DNA from: Gnetum montanum
Lineage: Eukaryota; Plantae; Gnetophyta
Assembly (NCBI GenBank): GCA_015680685.1
Contig: MNCI01002869.1
Location: 248,697 to 312,696 of the forward strand
Reading direction: 5' to 3'
Length of the DNA: 64,000 nt
Shown here: positions 39,880 through 51,900 of the stretch, in pieces
Layout: each line of letters starts with the position of its first letter
Numbering within the stretch: position 1 is the first letter of the stretch
Made by a program: the position numbers and the translations under genes
Notes under the pieces: generated by a model
Databases searched by the model: none
What the model was told of the DNA's origin: nothing
What the model saw: the letters and a program-made list of their open reading frames with translations, nothing else

Positions 39880-41090
39880 GGCAGAATACTATTTCTAATA
39901 TCCAGGAGACTTCGCAAATAAAATATGAAACCGTTGAGGCTCAAATGTAAAATACTGCAGAAATTTTTGAAGTAAATAAAAAATACAAACAATATAGCAA
40001 AGACTAAAGGAGGAACACAAAATACAGTTTCATTTGTGGCTTTTAGATCTCCAGAAAGTTTCTCATATCAAAATAATGAAGGGTACTTTGTGCGTGCTTC
40101 TTGTCAAATACTGATTGCATAAACAATATGGTCCCTTATGCGATCTTGAGCCATCGCGACCGAACGAAATAAAGCAGTGTTGCAGAAGACGCTGGTCGGA
40201 ATCCAAAATTCTGTTGAATGTAGTTTCCAGCAATGACGATATGCCCACAATGGCATACGATGTGGCACTTCAAAGTAAAACTTACCACAGAGAGAGAGAG
40301 AGAGATCAAAGCTGGATTGAAATTTCATGAAACATTGTTGATGGATGAAGAGGAAGATTTCAAATTCGTGGTAAGCCAATTTTGTCAGCTTCATAGCCGA
40401 CAGGTGTAGCACATGTCCAGGTTCTAACCATACTAGTGGGGAATGTGGGTGGCCTACTTCACCCAGGCGACCTGGCAACGCCATTACCGGCACCGACGCC
40501 ACATGGTACAAACACAAACCCTAGTGGATGCTGTTTCTCGCACAGTGGCCACGGTCATCACACTGTTTTATACATCTCATGTTTCACTGCCAATATGCTC
40601 TACGGTGTCAGTTCCCTGTACAATTTGAAGCTAGTAGCGGTTGATTTCTTCATGCGATAATTCACGATGCAGTATCGGCAGCTGGAAGTCCCACATCGGT
40701 AACAGAATCAGAATTGTGCACGGCAGCGGGTGTATCGAAGCGGCGCGCATACATGCATAGAAACTGTAGTTCCTTCATCTATGGCTTCCAGCATCAGCAC
40801 CAACATGTGCATCGACGGCCGTACTCTTCAACTGTACCTAGAACGACGGCGATGGAGCCTGCAACGTCTAACAGAAAAACTGCCTTCATTTCCAAATGCA
40901 TCACCTAATTCTCCATTGCCAAAACTGCCATTGCCGCCCAGACTCATGCCAAAATTCATGCAGAACGGTGTTCACGGTGACAGACAGGTGCAACACAACA
41001 GACAACAAACCCTCGTCCCTGTACCATGCGGAAAACAAACGCTTGTCCTTATGTTTATACAGCGGGATGGTCGTGTTTCATCCTAAAAAT
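39880..41090. promoter_or_regulatory. CpG/CHG-retaining island, candidate unmethylated cis-regulatory region or promoter
   Basis: Abrupt rise in CG and CWG against depleted flanks; no TE protein motifs; IR8 AuxRE 40383-40402, telo-box 40516-40524, USE/TCP-like motif 40688-40698, several E-boxes, (AG)n. Confidence 0.6.
40289..40305. repeat. (AG)8 microsatellite (GAGA/CT-rich element)
   Basis: Direct observation. Confidence 0.9.
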
Positions 41091-42399
41091 TAAAATTTCA
41101 TTAATCAATGCTCTTGGTTAGAGCATGTAGAAAAATATATATAATTATTATTATTATTATTATTGCAGGGAAGAGTTTACAATTTAAGTTTTAAAGATAA
41201 TTTATATGTATTTATGAAAATAGAGGAAAGGTTATCTTTAAAAAGAAAAAAGGTAGATTATTGGGTGAGACACTTGCCAACTATGGTTTGAATTTCTCAT
41301 AACTTCTTTTGGAAGTTATAACTTCTTAGGGTGGTTATGAATTAATCCCCTAGATATTTGTAACTCACATTAATCCCTTATGATGTATATAACTACCGAA
41401 AGCTACTATAAAAAGGACTGGATGGGTAGGATTTGGGGGATTTTGGGAGGTGGGTAGAAGATACTAAGAAGGATATTGAAGATTGTAAAAACATGGATTG
41501 CTAAAGACATCAATTCGACCACTTTCTTTTAATCCTATAAGTTATTTTCTTTCCATTTTGTCTTAGTTGGCTAGCTAATAGTTTAAATAGTATTGTGCTT
41601 GGCATTTAATTTTGGGATTTTCTAGATTATTCTTACACCTATGTTTTTGCACAATATTAGACTTCTATTAGGTTTACCATATAAGAGCTTATGTTGTCTT
41701 AGACAAGCATATTGAGCAATTTAATAGTAACGTCTTATAGAAATTGCATGTTTGAGTCTAGAGGATCTATAAAATCTTTGATATTTGACTTGTTTGAAAT
41801 AGCTTCATTTTTTTAAAGTTGTTACCTTTATATTTCAATCTTCAAATTGTCAAAATTTTTTGCTAGTTTTACTATTTGCAATTCTTGATGATTGTTAACT
41901 AGCCAAACAAAAACTTGTACTTGTTATTTACAAAGCATTTTGGTAGTGTAATAAGATTGTCTTCTACGAAATTTCTTATTGGGCTCAAAGGATTTGGACA
42001 ATTCATAATATTTAGATTCAATTGAAATAGCTTTATTGCGAAGTGTTTCATCATGTTCAATTTATCTTACCTATATTTTTGAGATTCACACAATTATATT
42101 TTCTTTTCTTTTCTCTTTCTAAATCCTTTGAATCTCGTTTTATTTTTAGTTTTCTTATGAAATTTTCTCTCTAGGGGAAATTAGAAGTAGATTAACAGAA
42201 TTATGCTCAAGCATTTTTGTGAAATTTTTTGTGTTTCAAGTAGCATACTATAGGGCCTATATAGGCTAAGTGACTTGATAAAATAGGAATCTTTAATAAC
42301 TTAAAGTATTCGACAATGCTAGCTAATTTTTTTTATGATAACCAGTTACAGTCACATACACAAACCCAAGTATTTTAACATTTACAACAACAAACACAT

Positions 42400-45300
42400 A
42401 CTCACGTTTAGTTCATTTCATAATCACTAAGTTTATTTCTGGGTATCTCGGCCTTGGTATTGCTAAAAGACCAACAAGCACCTAAGCCCTATTTTAAGGA
42501 ACACCTTTGTTTCCCATGATCCCAATGTTGAGAAACTAGAGGCCAAATGTTGGTGGTCCCAAATGATCAACAACAATAATATTTTGTTAAGAGTACAAAA
42601 TTCTCAATTAAGTTGAGAAAAGTAATGAAGAGTATCATTGTTTCAAAAGAAAAGGATATAATAAGCTACTTTAACTAATCAAATGATTTTTAGAAGTATC
42701 CATAAAGGAAGAATAATAAATATGTATTGACTACAAAAATATAGAAGCAACCATAAATCTTCCTACTAAAGACAACAATTTTCCAAGCCACTTACTAATT
42801 TTCTAATGAACTTTATATAGAACTTTTTCTCAAAAATGACTAGTAGAAGATAAAAAATAAAAAGGAATGCTCAAAAGGTTAAACTTAGCTCCAAGGTAAA
42901 TTAGAAATCTCAAAAGGAATATCTTCAAACTTCGATCTTATAGCATGAGTTTTGTTTTAATTAATAGGAAAACAAAATGATTTATGATAGACTTGGATAT
43001 GATGAACAAAGTACTTAAGATATTTTTCATTTCTCTTAATAATAGAAAACTATTATATGCAAAGTGGTTATTAATAATTTGATGTTTAATATTAAGAAGA
43101 GATATATCTTTCTTCTTGTCTTTAAAGAGATAGTTCTTTAACATATAAACAAAAGCTTCAACATCAAGAATATTACTAATCCTTGAAGAGTAATAACTAG
43201 AGAATAACTCTTGTTAATGGATATTTTGACACTAGCAATTAAAAATAACATTTTAACATGAGAGATAAAAGAAGAACATGTGTATTACTTTTGTAACATA
43301 GCCAATTCAAAAGACCATTCCATCCTATTATAAGCCTTTGCATAATCTAATTTAAGAAGAATAATATCTTGATTAGCATGGCCTCTACAACAATGAAAAC
43401 ATTATTAAAATTAAATCTACTTGTAAAAAAACCTGTTTTTTCTTCTTTAACTGATCTAGATAAATACTTTCAAAATTTTATAGTAAGAGTGTTAGCAATA
43501 ATCTTATAACCAAAATTTAACAAGATAAATAACTTAGACATAAATACATCTAAATAATGATTGAAGAAAACATTTAAAATATTTATAGAAGTATAAATAA
43601 TATTACTATTAACAAGAATTTCATCTATATGATAACTCATTTTAGGACCTTTTAAAAACTTAAAGAATTTTTTGAAGCTTTACACCTTATTTTTAACAAA
43701 AATAAGTAACACTTAAGTAAATAACCTTTAGTCTTGTGGTTTTAAAAAATATTTTGCTATTGTTGAAAGCTTGTAGGTTGTTATTGAAAACTTTCATCAT
43801 GAGGGTTATGAGATAAATTTTCTATAAGCTAATAAATTTTTTGTCTAGTTTCAAGAGTAAGAAATTGAAACTTTTTATCTAATCATTTATAAAAATGTCT
43901 TAAAAATTTTAGTGAGAGTAATAACATTTTTTTTCATTATTTAATGAAGCCATTAGAATTCAATAGCCTTGGAACAAGCTTCTAAACATGACAAAAGGAG
44001 CTTTGAAAATTTTTATTAGTAAAAAAAATAGTATTATTAACAAAAAGCTTATAGAAAATATTCACATAGCTTATCCTTTGAATCTAGAATTTGATAGGTA
44101 GATGATCTAAAAAAGTGCATTTTGGATGTGTTCAAACAAATAAACTATGTTCATACTCAAAGCATAAATAAAGGAAAGAAAAAAGATAAGTTATATCTAA
44201 TTTGTAAAATATTCTTAGCAAGTCAACTTTATAGTTAGACTAAGTAAACCAACCTACATCTCTATGACTACCACCAACACTAGGATTTAAAAGTGTAAAT
44301 TTACTATAAAAGAAGAACAAACTATTTATTTATTTGGTTAAAAAGTAAATGGTGCCCCTTCTATTTTATCATAGGAATTTTCTAATATTTTAAAATATTC
44401 AAAAATCAATCAAACATCACCAAAAAGATCATTGTCAAGCTAAGTCTAATGCAAAGAATTTTCTTGGAAATCACATGAAGCATATATACTATAGATACCA
44501 AACATTAAACAAAAAAAATTCAAGTGAACCTAAACATCTTTATTTCCTAAAATAGAAGTAGAATTAATAATGCAAGAAAAATATTTTTGAGCTATAAAAA
44601 AGAACACCACTTCTTCCAACTTCATGATTTTTTTTAACAAGTAACTTTTTCTAGATATAAAAGAATTAGTTATTGATATCAAGTAATGATAACTTATTTT
44701 AACTTATTCAAGATATAAAAATTAAAATTCTAACAATGATATCAAACAATATCTTGTCATCAAGAGTATAACATTTCCTAAATATTCCAAGAGATGAACT
44801 TTATGAAAGTTCAATATCCAACTTGGTTTCTTCTTCAATATCCATGAAAAAATAAAAAGGATTATCTTGCTTAAAATTAAAAATAAGTGGCTTACTTTTT
44901 CAATAAGTAGTATTGTTTATAGTTGCTAATATTTTATGATTTATAATTTCTACACATTATGTGTTACTTACTTCTTTGAGTATGAGAAGCTCCTAAAATC
45001 ACTGTATCATTCTTAGAAACATGAGGTGCTTTATGAATAGCAGAATTCAAAGGTATCTTCTCTATTTTTTTTTTGAAACCACCTTACTTCTATCCATCTA
45101 TCTTCTTGGGGATTCATATAATTTTCTAAGTTTTCATTTGAAGAATTCTAGATTTCTTTTAAATATTTTTTTAAAATAGCTTTTCCTTCCTTAATTTCTA
45201 CTGCTAATTTAACTTCAATAAGTCTATTGGAGATTTGTTTGAGAAAATAAAATATCTTGTAAGATGATTTATGAAAATAAATACATGCATTAGGAAGGAC

Positions 45301-45990
45301 AAGATAAGAAATTTTTTATTGTATAATATTTCCTCCATATGTTAACTTTATAGATGAAGGAAGTTCTTTGCATAAATCTAATTTTGCATAAACACTTCAA
45401 GTTGACTGAAAACAAAACTAGTTTCTTTTTCTTGAAAATAGCACTTCTCTAGTAATACTAGTAATATTTGTGATTATAAGAAAAAATCATAGGTAAATTA
45501 AGGAACTTAATTCAAATCAAAAATTTACTTTTTTGCACTTTATTAAGGTCAAAGCCTTCTTATCATTTGTGTAAAATTAAAATGGTATAGTATACAAATT
45601 ATGGAGTAATTTTAATAGCATTATCTATTTGTTTTTCTATTTCAAATTAAAAAAGAAAAAAATCTTGGTTCAATTTAGAATAAAGACCTGATGAGTACCT
45701 CTATGAGTCTAATGGGTTTTCATCTAATCATTCAAAATTAATATAGGTGAAATCCTTTTGGTGAAAAATCCAATAGCATAGTGATTTAAGAATTCTTGAA
45801 CAATTGCTTCTAAAAAATTACATGGTAAAGTGAAGTACGATTTAATGGTTTGAGAGCCAATCCATGATCCTAAAGAATAAACCCTATACTTTAATTTAAA
45901 TCCATAGCCAAATCTTCTATGTAAGGTGGAGGGCTTGTAGAGTCATAATTGTCTGTGTCAATAGAAGTTCACCTATGCTTATCTAAGGTC
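42400..45990 (-). mobile_element. Degraded L1-clade LINE with ORF1 and ORF2 (endonuclease, RT)
   Basis: Minus-strand I*IKFLNLP and CKLDLCKELP (ORF1, DUF4283/zinc-knuckle region); LDHLPI (EN); YKIIANTL and FLKLDYAKAYNRMEWSF (RT). Confidence 0.85.
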
Positions 45991-45999
45991 ATTACAAAT

Positions 46000-48900
46000 T
46001 CTCATTAGAGCCAAAACATAACCTATTTGTTTCATTTAGATTAATATTATTTTTTATTTTAATTAAATAAATGTTCCAAGTTTCATCCCTAACCCAAGAA
46101 CACATTTGCATGGATGAGCATAAGTGATGATATATGCATAGGGCATATCAACCATGATGAGGACATCAAAAATAGAGATCTTGCCAATTTTGAACCAATT
46201 GGTATATCATACAAATCATAATGTGATTTGGTCGTAAGCTTCAAGAATTATGTTGAGTGAAGTTCCAAGAACATTCATGTTTATTGTTACATTCAAAAAA
46301 TATAAAAGAAATTATAATACATACGATGCAAATGAAAACCCATGTTGCCACAATAAGAGATCAAGAAAATATTTATGATTTTATATTTTATAATTTTATT
46401 TATTTTATCTTTACAAGGAATAAGTAATAAACACACATGCATTGTAACCCCACCTAGGGATAGATGCAATGATCATGTTGCAATCCCTCAAGGGAATAGG
46501 TGCAACATCATACACAAATGCAGCATGTCATACAGTTGTGAATTACTTGGCTAAGGTTTAATCATTGTAGCTTATGAGAATGAGAAATGAATAAGTGTGT
46601 GTATATATATATATATTTATTTATCATTTTATAATATTTTTTTGGTATTTTAATGTTTAAGGCATCAATGGTGCAAAAATTAGGGAAACCCATAAGCTTT
46701 ATTCATTGAGCAACTGGACTCTATATAGATCAAATGGTTCTAGGCTAAGGAAGTCTAATAGTAATTTGATAGAGTCTAGCCACACTTATAAAAGCAAAAA
46801 CATAAAGCACATACAAAATAAGAAAGAAATCACTTACCTAATGGAGGAAGAGCTATTTACATGGAACCAAATGTCAAAACCTAAATGAAAATGGTTAGAA
46901 TCAAGTTCCCCTTATGTGAAGCTCATCCTAGGAATTTACAATTTTTGCAACATAACAATAGGGGTTCACTAATGTCCATGCTTCAAAAAAAATTTGTTAA
47001 CATAGCTGAGAATTTTCAGTGCATACCAGAAGAGGCTAAGAGACAAAGGTGACTAAAACAAGTAACCAAGGAGGATGCATTAGTGCCCTTGTACTAATGT
47101 AGGGGATGCACTACTTTAGGAAAGTTAGCAAATCCCTTCCTCTAATACTTTATCTCTATTTTCTTAGATGAAAGCAAGGATGTCAAGGAACATGTTGGAA
47201 CCTTTTGGGGATCTTCAAATGAAGTTGGAAACTTATTAATAAGCCTAAAACATGCATCAATCTACAAGTGTGAACTAGAAGGCTAGGATGCAAACTTGGA
47301 AGATAGAAACCTCAACATGCACATCAAAATTATAAACATAAGATACATGACATGCATCTCAAATCTAGGGCATACAATTGACTTACAAAATGCCATGAGA
47401 TGACTCATCATATCCCCATGACTCAATAAAGCTAGTCTCATAGCTTTAAACCTCAAAATACAAGACTAGAACTAACACATTATAAGATCAATGGGTAGGT
47501 ATACATCTAGACAAATGTATAGCTCATGACTATATTATAATAGAGTAGAAGCCACCTTATCATGAAGTGCAAGGGAATGCTAACTAAGAGAAGAATTCCT
47601 CTAACATGCCTACTTGGTATGGGAAGAAGTTTGAGGAACTAGATGTAAACATATGAAATATCTAATGTTTTACTTCCAACTTCATCACCCTTGCTTGGAG
47701 CTATGAGTTCCATTCATGCATCTATCCTTGCTCTCATAGGAGTACTTGTCATCATTCCTCAACATCAACTTGGAACTACTTGTGACTCCTTTTTTTCTTC
47801 TACAAGAGTTTATGCTAGGCTACATCTAGTTCATTTGCTACTCAAATGATTTTCTCTTCTAGCTTTGTGCATGGTTGACCTATAGAATTTTGGACCATAT
47901 AGAGACACCTCCTCCATTTCACCTACATGTTTTCTTTAGATTTCTTAAGTCTCCTCTCAAGGATAGTGATAGCTACTTCATGGCAGAGAATGTACATGTT
48001 TTTCAAAAAAACCATTTTCTCTTGTAGTGTTGGTTTACTTGTGAGTATTTGTTAGATTATGGTATGTAAGATGTCATATTTATCCTTCATCTCATGTCTT
48101 TCTATGATTACTCATTTATTCAAAAAAGCTACAAGTTTATGCATTCTATTTACCTCAACATCCTAGGTTGCTTGTTCAATCAAATAAATATTTATAAGAT
48201 TATTGATTTCCTTGATTGTCTTGTTTGCTATCTCCCGCGACAAGTTCTAGCACTCCTTTTTTATGCAAAGATATTTATCTTGAAATTGAGTCATGATTTA
48301 ACTTTCTTCCTCTAGCCTTAGCACATACTAGGAAACAAAAAGTACCTACTTTTTCTTTTCTTGGTCCATCCTTTTCCATTTTTAGGACTAATGCTTTAAC
48401 ATTTTGATTTTCCACTCCAAGCCATCTTTCATAAACATGACATCTTCACCAACCTAGCATGCCTAGAATAGTTTAGCCTATAGGCACTCAATCAATACAA
48501 TTGGAGTGATTGTGAAGGTGCATGTACCAATGGTGTGAGATGTTCCAATTGTTCATACAATTATCATACCTTAGCTTGGCTTCTTTGCAACTCTTATAGA
48601 TAGAATGTTCTATCAATATCAACAATTTCTAACTTGATCTTACTTTAACAAGTTCAGTCTCCACTATACTATTGATATTACTTAATAATAACTTAGTTCT
48701 AGGATCAACTCTTTACTTCTCCTCTTTCTAATGGCTACTTCCAGGTTGATTAGTGGGTACTTAGAGGACTTCAGCCACATGCTAGATGTTATTCATGTTG
48801 CTCCTTGATCAATGTGATGAAAAAAATACTCCATGAAGAAACATGATTGTGAGACTGAACAAGGATATAAAAATGAGCCATGGATGAATCATTTAATAAT

Positions 48901-51900
48901 AGGGTAGGGAATTAGAAAATTTCCTCCCTTATTACTTCACCATTCATAATGGCTTTCATCAGTTGCATGAAATTACTACCAACATCTTCTTAACCTTCAA
49001 CCTATATTGTGATAGACTATTCCTCATCTTTAATGTGCATTAGAAGCTAAGAACCATCACTAGGTACATGTTCTTGGCTTTTCTTAATGCTAAAACTAGG
49101 ATTTTAGGAAATGGATATGCTAGGTCATTACATCTACATTCATTCGGATTCTTAAGATACAATTTATGCTTTTAATTGACACTAGTGGAACTAGTATGAA
49201 GGTTGGATACAAGATATCTTTGTGAAAGGCATCTCATCCTTTGAGTTGGTAAACCTTCAATGATCTCAATGCATCATCTTCGAGTATCCACCATCACATT
49301 CTCCTAGTTTGTTATTCCAGCTATTGTGGGATGTCTTCCCACGTGGTTGACTATGCCTATTATTTTGCAAAGTTTTCAAATTAACCCTTAAAAGGAATAG
49401 ACCTCCCTCTTATCTCTATTCATATCTTTAATTTTATGGATCAAATTATTATAGAGGAAATATGAGATATTGATGACATACTTCCCCCTCATCATAGCCA
49501 CAACCTTAACCCCTCAAGCAAAGATACCTGATAGTTGTTTGATGGGCATAAAGTTATGAGGGATGATTTTGCACATAGGATTTTGGACTAAGGGAAACTT
49601 AGACATCTTTACCTCAACTTTGTGCATATCAAAGACCTTCAGCATGATCTTCTATATAAGCTTTAACTCAATCTTTTGGATTTGTGGCCAACAATTATTC
49701 ACTAATTTGTTTGAAAATCTTGTAGCCTATAAGATTATCAATGTAGATATAGGCACAAGAACTTCACCAATGAAAGTCATGGCACCATCAGAAACAATGT
49801 TTTGATAGAATATCTCTACCTCATAGTGGCATCATGTGAAGGGTTGGATGATATAGTCATAGAAATTCATTTACTTCAGCAACTCCTTGAGCTCAAAGGA
49901 TCAAGCTAAAGAAACTAATAGTAAATTTTCTCTTCATTGATTGGTCATTGGTAGCGATTGTGAGCACTCACACCCTCTTGAATGTTGTTAGCATCCTCTT
50001 CATCATCTTTTGCTAGCTTCTCCCACACTTGTTTGGTTTCTTGCTACTATGCACATGTTGAAACCAAAGATCAAGAACATGACTACCATATAATATGATT
50101 TTGGATGGAGAGCTTTCTAGAGTAGGACCTATAGATTCTAGATCAAGAGATCTAAGTTCTTCCTCCTCTTCCTTTTCAAAAATAGGTATTTCACACAAAG
50201 GTTTATAGATAGAGGCTTGAGATAATTCAACATTAGTCCTTCTTAATCTATAAAGATTCAATCATAATTTTCCTCAACATGATTATTTATGAAATATACT
50301 TAAAATTAAGTGAGTTTCCCTGGACATCATCCTATCATTGTAAAAACTATGCTTGAGAATAATAATAGATTTAATCCTTAGGAAATACTTGAAAAATTTA
50401 TAAATATTTAAATAACTAGTTAATATATTAAATGCACACCCAATTAGTATTTCTTGCCTACAACTAAGTTACAAGATATTATGCTTGAACTATAGCTAGA
50501 ACATTAAGGACGTGAAGACCAAAGAAGAATGCATGTACAAATATTACAAATCTATTTGAAATGGTGAAAAACCAACAAATTTTTTCTTTTTCAACTAAAT
50601 TAGGCAAGGAAGGTGAGAAAAAATAAAATAGAAAAGTAGGAGAATTATTTGAAAGTCCTTCTTCCACCTTATATAGTGGGTTGTTGCATAGGTAGGTGCA
50701 CTAGCGCAAGGACATCAACTCCCTTGCCTTGACATAGGGGTGCATTAGCATACCCTCCCAAGAAATGGAGAAACACTTAACTTTGTTCACAATTCCTCTA
50801 AATTACCTTTTGATCACTAAAGCATCACACAAGGTTCACCACTCCTCAAAATCATCATGAATTAACCTTACCAGACATACAAAAAGTAAGATAAGAAGAG
50901 CATTATAAACTCACCTCTAACAACATCATGAAGCATGGAAAATGACTAGGAAAGAGGGATGAGAGTAACTAGAGAATGATTGTAGCACAAAAAAAATAAT
51001 TAAATTTAGGCACCATTAAATTGAATCAATAAAGTTTATCATGGTCAAATCTTAATGCATAAAGAGTCAAAACTCATAAAAGTCAAAGACCAATCAAGTG
51101 TCATATGAAATGCAACCCTTGCCATCACTGGACAAGCAGTTGTATCTCATTTACATATGATGTTAAGTAACCAATGATTCACAACTGGATCCTTCCCAAT
51201 GTAGACACTTGCCTTCATTACCCTTGTGAAACCTATTGAGGAGACACTCATGAATTCTCAACAACCAATGAGACATTAATATCAAACATGATTCTATCCC
51301 CTTGAATGACTAAACATCATTCTCTACTTTGCTTGATCAACCTCTTGTAAGATACAACCATGGACAAGAATGGAATATAAGAGATGAATAATGAATAATA
51401 GGTAAGAGATAAATGGAAAGAGTGAAACATAACTAGATTCCTAGCCAACCATTCAATTAGCTCATGTAGAATTTAAGCATGTCCTACACTCCATGACAAA
51501 TTTACTAGCACATCCTTTTACTGCCACTTGTCCATACAATAGGGATCAACCTCTAAAGCTCCCTTTCAAGTGCAAGGTTACACCACACATCCAATGCCAT
51601 CTAGCCTTGATTGTTCTATGGTTGAACCATTGGTATGAACCAAATCAAGGTAACATATCACTAAACATCCAAAAGTTAAGATTTTGGTTTGGTTTTCCTT
51701 CATCCATGCATATAAGAATTATAAGATCTCCAAATTTTACTCTACTAGAAATATTTCATCAATTTCCTTGGTTTCCACATCCCCACAAAAATCATAATAT
51801 CATAATCATCAAGAGAAAAGTTTTCATGTTTGAATCTAGTCAAGGTATAGACTAATGATGAACATTTTTAACCATTAAAACCAATAATTAGGGACTTGGG

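Noticed and set aside
40424-40460. miR166-like end CATTCCCC on the minus strand
   Set aside because: Only the last 8 nt match and there is no long fold-back partner.
40500-41030. Telomerase RNA gene (USE plus AAACCCT)
   Set aside because: AAACCCTAG lies upstream of the USE; the downstream AAACCCTCG is not a full template; no TATA at Pol III spacing.
40063-41093. Short overlapping ORFs in the island as a protein-coding gene
   Set aside because: Several start at non-ATG codons and none has a recognisable domain; higher GC explains the ORF density.
41170-42300. LTR-like segment right of the island (TATA-like CTATAAAAAGG near 41406)
   Set aside because: No termini, TSD or in-window paralogue identified, so it cannot be called.
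42443-42475. U2 snRNA-like TCTCGGCCTT...GCTAA
   Set aside because: Only ~10 nt identity, no continuation, and it sits at the end of a LINE remnant.
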